DNA of 62,261 nt, taken from assembly GCA_035632955.1 (NCBI GenBank), contig DASQFU010000032.1, positions 1 to 62,261 of the forward strand. Reading direction: 5' to 3'. Below are positions 57,997-62,261 of the stretch, one piece after another. Under the pieces are notes generated by a model. It was not told the DNA's origin, did no database searches, and worked only from the letters and a program-made list of their open reading frames with translations. Both the position numbers and the translations under genes were made by a program. How positions within the stretch are numbered: the first letter of the stretch is position 1; each line of letters opens with the position of its first letter. This DNA comes from Candidatus Limnocylindria bacterium. GTDB taxonomy: Bacteria; Eisenbacteria; RBG-16-71-46.

Positions 57997-58203
57997 ATGA
58001 ACGCCCCCGTCAAACGCCTGTATCGCTCGCGCACCGACCGAAAGATTGCCGGCATCTGCGGCGGCCTCGGCGCCTACATTGGCGCTGACCCGGTCATCTT
58101 CCGGATCATCTGGGTGTTGCTCGTGCTGGGATACGGCTTCGGAATTCTCGCCTACCTGATCGCCTGGCTGGTCATTCCTCAGGAGCCTGCCACTCAGAAT
58201 TGA
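57997..58203 (+). CDS. PspC domain membrane protein
   Basis: KRLYRSRTDRKIAGICGGLGAY..ADPVIFR...YLIAWLVIP. Confidence 0.93.
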   Translation: MNAPVKRLYRSRTDRKIAGICGGLGAYIGADPVIFRIIWVLLVLGYGFGILAYLIAWLVIPQEPATQN

Positions 58204-58245
58204 GCGCCGTGGGTTCGGCGTGGCTCCAGTCCCGCACGGTTGTCG

Positions 58246-58803
58246 CTACGCGCGCTCCACGAACTCCCCGGTGCGGGTGTCGATCTTCACCCGGTTGCCC
58301 GGCTCGATGTAGGGTGGCACCTTGATCTCGAAGCCGGTCTCGAGCGTGGCGGGCTTGGACGTGTTCTGCACCGCGGCGCCTTTGATGTTGGGCGTCGTTT
58401 CGGTGACCGTCAGCTCCACGAACATCGGTACCTCGACGCCCACGACCCGCCCCTCGTAGTACATCGCCTTGAGCATCATGCCCTCGGTCAGGTAGTTCGT
58501 GGCGTCGCCGAGCACGTCGGTGTGCAGCGGGATCATCTCGTACGACTCGGTGTTCATGAAGTGGTACTCGTCGCCGGCCCGGTAGCTGAACTGGAGCGAG
58601 TGTTCCTCGAGATTCGCGCGCTCGACCTTGTCCTCGGAACGGAACCGGTGCTCGGCGTTGGAGCCGGTCTCGATGTTGACCAGGCGCGTCTGCACCATGC
58701 CCCGCCAGTTGCCGGGCGTCACGTGGAGAACGTTGGTCACCCGGTGGGGCCTGCCGTTGTGCATGATGACGTTGCCGACTTTGAGCTGGGTCGCGACGAT
58801 CAC
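58246..58803 (-). CDS. efp: Elongation factor P
   Basis: QLKVGNVI, HVTPGNWRG, QFSY..GDEYHFMNTESYE, VELTVTETTP, KPATLETG, VPPYI..G..VKIDTRTGEFVER. Confidence 0.96.
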   Translation of the reverse strand: MIVATQLKVGNVIMHNGRPHRVTNVLHVTPGNWRGMVQTRLVNIETGSNAEHRFRSEDKVERANLEEHSLQFSYRAGDEYHFMNTESYEMIPLHTDVLGDATNYLTEGMMLKAMYYEGRVVGVEVPMFVELTVTETTPNIKGAAVQNTSKPATLETGFEIKVPPYIEPGNRVKIDTRTGEFVERA

Positions 58804-59014
58804 GGATGACTCCCTTGCAGAACTGAAACGGCGAATCGGTTCACGGCGGCCTGGAACGCGCGTGCACGTCCCGGGAGGCGATTCCGAAGATGGCCGAAGA
58901 TTCTGCCGAAACGCGGCCGCCGGATCAACCGAACGCAGGCCTCGCGCCGATCCTGGGCGACGAAACGGCCCGCCCCCACGACGTGCGTGGAGCGCGGGCC
59001 GTCCGTGAGCGGAG

Positions 59015-61738
59015 CTACTTCACGAGCGCGTTGGCGCCGCCGGGCCCACCCGTGCCCGCCGTTTCGATATCCCGGCCCGCTTCCAGCGCACGCTTGATGC
59101 GGGCGCGCGACTCGAGCAGGTGCGCCCGCGTGTAGTCGCCGAGCGGCGCTTCGCCGGCCAGCGTCTGGCGTGCGCGAGCGTCGATTCGGGTGAGCTGCAG
59201 CCGGGCGAGCGCGCGGGCGTCGTCCGGCGTTGCAGGCGCCGGGGCGACGACCAACGCGGCGAGCCGATCAACGTAGGCGCGCTGCAGCTCCCGCCGCGTG
59301 CTCGGACCTTCGAGCGCGCGCAACCCCGCTACTCCGCCGCCCACCTCGCTCCACAGGGAGCTGGTGAGCCGATCGAACAGCTCGGAGAGCTTGAACGCCT
59401 CCGGCGAGCGCGACTCGGCTTCGCGCACTCGAGCCATTAGGCTCGGGTTCATGAGCCCGCCGAGCAGCGCGTTCTGGATCGCGAACACCTTGTCGTTGAG
59501 GTTGTAGTCCACGCGCGCCTGCGGGGCGAACGGGCCCGGGATGCCCCAGTGACTCCAGCGATCCGGCCCGAGCCGGTTGAGCAACGCCGGCGAGACCTTG
59601 AACGCGTCGGTCGCAAACGCCCGCTGGCTGATCAGAGCCAGCGCTTCCCGCTGCGTCGCCGCCGGGATCGGCACCAGCGGATCGCCGCCGCCGTTCTGGC
59701 CGCGACGAGTCCGGAACTGATGCTGCCCACCGACATACTTGACGCTGAGCCCGAGCGCCTGACCGTACTGGCCGAGCAGGTTGTCCATTGCCCGGCGCAG
59801 CACCGGATATTCGCCCTCGGCGCCGATGATCCGGTCTTCGAGCTTGCCGCTCTTCCACAGCCCGGCGATGTACGCGCTGCGCTCGCGCGCGAACGACAAC
59901 GGATCGGCGCTGAGATCCCAGATGTTCGTGCGCGGGTCGAGCGCGTGCGCCGGGTAGGTGTCGTCATCGGTCGAGTACTCGTGCCCCGGCAACGCGGATT
60001 CGGCGGCGACCTTCTTCATGATCGCGTAATCCGCCTGCGGATCGGCCGCGCCCGTCGGCGTGTGCGCGTAGCGGATCGCCCACACGTCGTAATCGCCCAC
60101 GACCGTGCCGAAGTAATCGCCCTGCTTCGAACGGTCGGCGGCGATGTTCGGCGTCAGGTAGTCCATCACCGACGCCGTGAGCCCGTGCTGCCTGGTCCAC
60201 GACACGTCGTGGAGCTTGTCCACAGGCGTCGCCGTGCTCGAGCGGAAGTTGTGCCTCAACCCGAGCGTGTGCCCGACCTCGTGCATCGTCACCCATGTCA
60301 GCATCTCGCCGAGGAACTCCATCGGCACCGGGCTGCCGGGCGGTAGCGCTCCGTCGACGAGCAGCGCCGTGCGCAGCAGGCCGCCGGCGTCGGCGAGCCC
60401 CATCTGCGCGTCGCAGCGCAGGTCCTGCGGCAGATACGAAGGCCAGTTCCCGAGCGTGGGCTGCACCATCTCCGCCAGCGCGTCGGGACCGACGTAGCGG
60501 CGGTATGCGTTACGCCAGTTCTGAACGAACGCGCCCTCGATCAGGATATCGGCATCGAGAATCTCGCCGGTGCGTGGGTCGCGCCGCGAGGGTCCGATCG
60601 CGCCGAACGCCGGCTCGTGCGAGACGATCCAGCGAATCGTGCTGTAACGGACATCCTCGGGATCCCAGTTGGGGTCGCTGGGCGCGTCTACGGCGACGAT
60701 CGCGTCCCTGAACCCGGCGGCTTCAAAGGCCTTCCGCCACGCCTCGACCCCCTTCTTGATGTAAGGCCGGTACTCCACCGGCACGGTGTGATCGATGTAG
60801 AACGTGATCGGCTTGACCGGCTCGGAGAGTGTGGCGTTCGGGTCCTTCTTCTCCAATCGCCAACGGTTGGCGTAGCGGACCCAGAAGCTCTCGTGGTTGT
60901 CGTGGCTGAAATCCTTCACCACCGTGAGGAAGTTGCCGACCCGCTCGTCGGCGAGCCGCGGCATCATCGGCTGGTCGGGCAGCTTCGAGAACGAGTAGTG
61001 GACGGTCAGCGGAATGTAGCGGTCGTCCGGCACCGACGAGAGATCGAGCCCCTGGCGGTCGCCGGGCGCGTACGTGAGCAGCGCCTCGATCTCGACGTTC
61101 TCGGGGAACACTTTCGCGGAGGTGATGGCCGACCGATCCTTGTCGAAGCGCGCGGGCTTGTTATTCATCGCCTGGCGCATGCCATCGCCGAGATCGGTGA
61201 GATCGCTCACCAGGAAGGGCGCGAAGTCGACGAGGAGCGCCTTGCTCGAATCGTGGACGCTCTCGATCTTGAGCTTGGCGAGCACCGAATGGCCGTGCGA
61301 GAGGTCGCGCGCCGCCTCGAACGGGCTCCCCTTGGGCGCGACGAAGCGCGTGTTCTTCTCGAGCACGATCACGTAGTCGCCGTTGCGCTGGAATTCGAGC
61401 ACGCGATCGTTGAGCGGCAGGCCGCCGAGCAGGAAATGCGACCCGATGCCGCGCGCCAGGCTGAAGATGCCGAGCACCGGCGTGTCGAGCTGGCTCGCAG
61501 GCAGCTCGAGGTAGAGGTTCTCGCGTTTCCTATAGAGCGTGAAGAAACCGCTCAGAACTTCGGCATCCTTGGTCACTTTCTTCCACTCCTGATACGGCTT
61601 GTCCTTGTCGGCCGTAGCCTCGCTTTCCTTCCCCTTGGCGGGCTTCTTGGGTGCGGCGACGGCCGCCGAGGCGAGCCCGAGCAATCCGATCACGGCCAGC
61701 GCCAGGGAGGCGCGAAAAAGCGGGACGCGCGACGACAT
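59015..61738 (-). CDS. Secreted Zn-dependent metalloprotease (EcxA/DUF5117-DUF4953 type)
   Basis: RBS GGAGG; signal peptide; PRLADERVG, RWRLEKKDP, DPEDVRYS, DPRTGEILDAD, HEVGHTLGLRHN, Met-turn SVMDY. Confidence 0.93.
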   Translation of the reverse strand: MSSRVPLFRASLALAVIGLLGLASAAVAAPKKPAKGKESEATADKDKPYQEWKKVTKDAEVLSGFFTLYRKRENLYLELPASQLDTPVLGIFSLARGIGSHFLLGGLPLNDRVLEFQRNGDYVIVLEKNTRFVAPKGSPFEAARDLSHGHSVLAKLKIESVHDSSKALLVDFAPFLVSDLTDLGDGMRQAMNNKPARFDKDRSAITSAKVFPENVEIEALLTYAPGDRQGLDLSSVPDDRYIPLTVHYSFSKLPDQPMMPRLADERVGNFLTVVKDFSHDNHESFWVRYANRWRLEKKDPNATLSEPVKPITFYIDHTVPVEYRPYIKKGVEAWRKAFEAAGFRDAIVAVDAPSDPNWDPEDVRYSTIRWIVSHEPAFGAIGPSRRDPRTGEILDADILIEGAFVQNWRNAYRRYVGPDALAEMVQPTLGNWPSYLPQDLRCDAQMGLADAGGLLRTALLVDGALPPGSPVPMEFLGEMLTWVTMHEVGHTLGLRHNFRSSTATPVDKLHDVSWTRQHGLTASVMDYLTPNIAADRSKQGDYFGTVVGDYDVWAIRYAHTPTGAADPQADYAIMKKVAAESALPGHEYSTDDDTYPAHALDPRTNIWDLSADPLSFARERSAYIAGLWKSGKLEDRIIGAEGEYPVLRRAMDNLLGQYGQALGLSVKYVGGQHQFRTRRGQNGGGDPLVPIPAATQREALALISQRAFATDAFKVSPALLNRLGPDRWSHWGIPGPFAPQARVDYNLNDKVFAIQNALLGGLMNPSLMARVREAESRSPEAFKLSELFDRLTSSLWSEVGGGVAGLRALEGPSTRRELQRAYVDRLAALVVAPAPATPDDARALARLQLTRIDARARQTLAGEAPLGDYTRAHLLESRARIKRALEAGRDIETAGTGGPGGANALVK

Positions 61739-62184
61739 GAGAAATCCTCCAAAGTGACGGTTCGGATGCGAAGCACCGGTGCCACCAATCATGCACCCGC
61801 ACCGAAGCGGATCGTAGCGGGAAGTCGGATCGGGAGCTTAAGTCGCGGCGAAGCGTGGTCGCGCGGGGCTCTGACCGGCGCGGTATTTCGACGAACCGGC
61901 GGCGCGCTTCGCCGCCCGGCTGCGTTCATGTCCTGCCGGTTTCTTCGGTTGGGTGCACCAGGCGGAGGGGCAAACCAGAGCCCAGATACACCCGCTCCGA
62001 AGGCTATACGCCGGAACGGTCCAAGCATTAGCTGTATTGACCCAACCCGGCTCCTATAGCAGATGAGCTGGATGTTGCCGCGATTCATACGCTCCGCGCC
62101 GCCGTTGACCCCGACTTGACGACCCGGGCAGGGAAGGTCTTCGTGACGCGGGGCCGTGGGCTGTTGCGCACGCGCGTAGACGCA

Positions 62185-62219
62185 CGAAGGGCCGGAGGAT
62201 GGTTCCTCCCGGCCCTTCG
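62185..62219. terminator. Hairpin, probably terminating a minus-strand gene that ends at 62244
   Basis: Stem CGAAGGGCCGGAGG/CCTCCCGGCCCTTCG with one bulge; minus-strand ...GGEDF-TAG ends 25 nt away. Confidence 0.65.
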
Positions 62220-62261
62220 CGGTGTGACGCTGCAGCGCTCGGACTAGAAGTCCTCGCCGCC

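Noticed and set aside
61789-62088. 99-aa minus-strand ORF upstream of the metalloprotease
   Set aside because: No motif, atypical composition and no clear RBS; more likely promoter or leader sequence.
62244-62261. Minus-strand ...GGEDF-stop, reminiscent of a GroEL-type C-terminus
   Set aside because: Five codons are too few to assign.

Overview
High-GC chromosomal segment of a diderm bacterium with about 45 supportable CDS. I found no rRNA, tRNA, CRISPR array, integrase or transposase. A secreted protein ending in ...[10 protein letters not shown] and the overall gene style suggest Ca. Eisenbacteria or a related FCB-type candidate lineage; this is inference from recollection, not a search result. 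Most genes are housekeeping or envelope genes (cspA, pabB, class IV aminotransferase, glgP, bshB1, PBP7-like peptidase, rlmD, pepA, nadE, efp, ABC exporter, GT-C glycosyltransferases, Zn metalloprotease). The strongest candidate for an undescribed system is at 13.6-22.7 kb. A 1713-aa Ser/Thr kinase-STAND ATPase-TPR-GAF-sigma54 activator has YVATGV in place of GAFTGA. It is followed by a -24/-12 promoter match with repeated upstream motifs. That promoter precedes a translationally coupled three-gene operon encoding a small secreted protein, a catalytically dead sigma54-AAA+ domain and an atypical receiver, which looks like a feedback or peptide-signalling circuit. Other oddities are a Lon with a Walker B DE-to-DG change, no pore-loop Tyr, no N-domain and an intact Ser-Lys dyad; a Rho whose OB fold is replaced by an Arg/Gly/Pro-rich disordered tail; a 904-aa GreA; an orphan BoxB-like diiron enzyme; EF-P with Asn at the modified position; two candidate structured RNAs; two deletion scars; and several sigma54-like promoters. 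Starts were re-picked by eye from RBS and motif context. All family calls come from motif recognition, with no database search.
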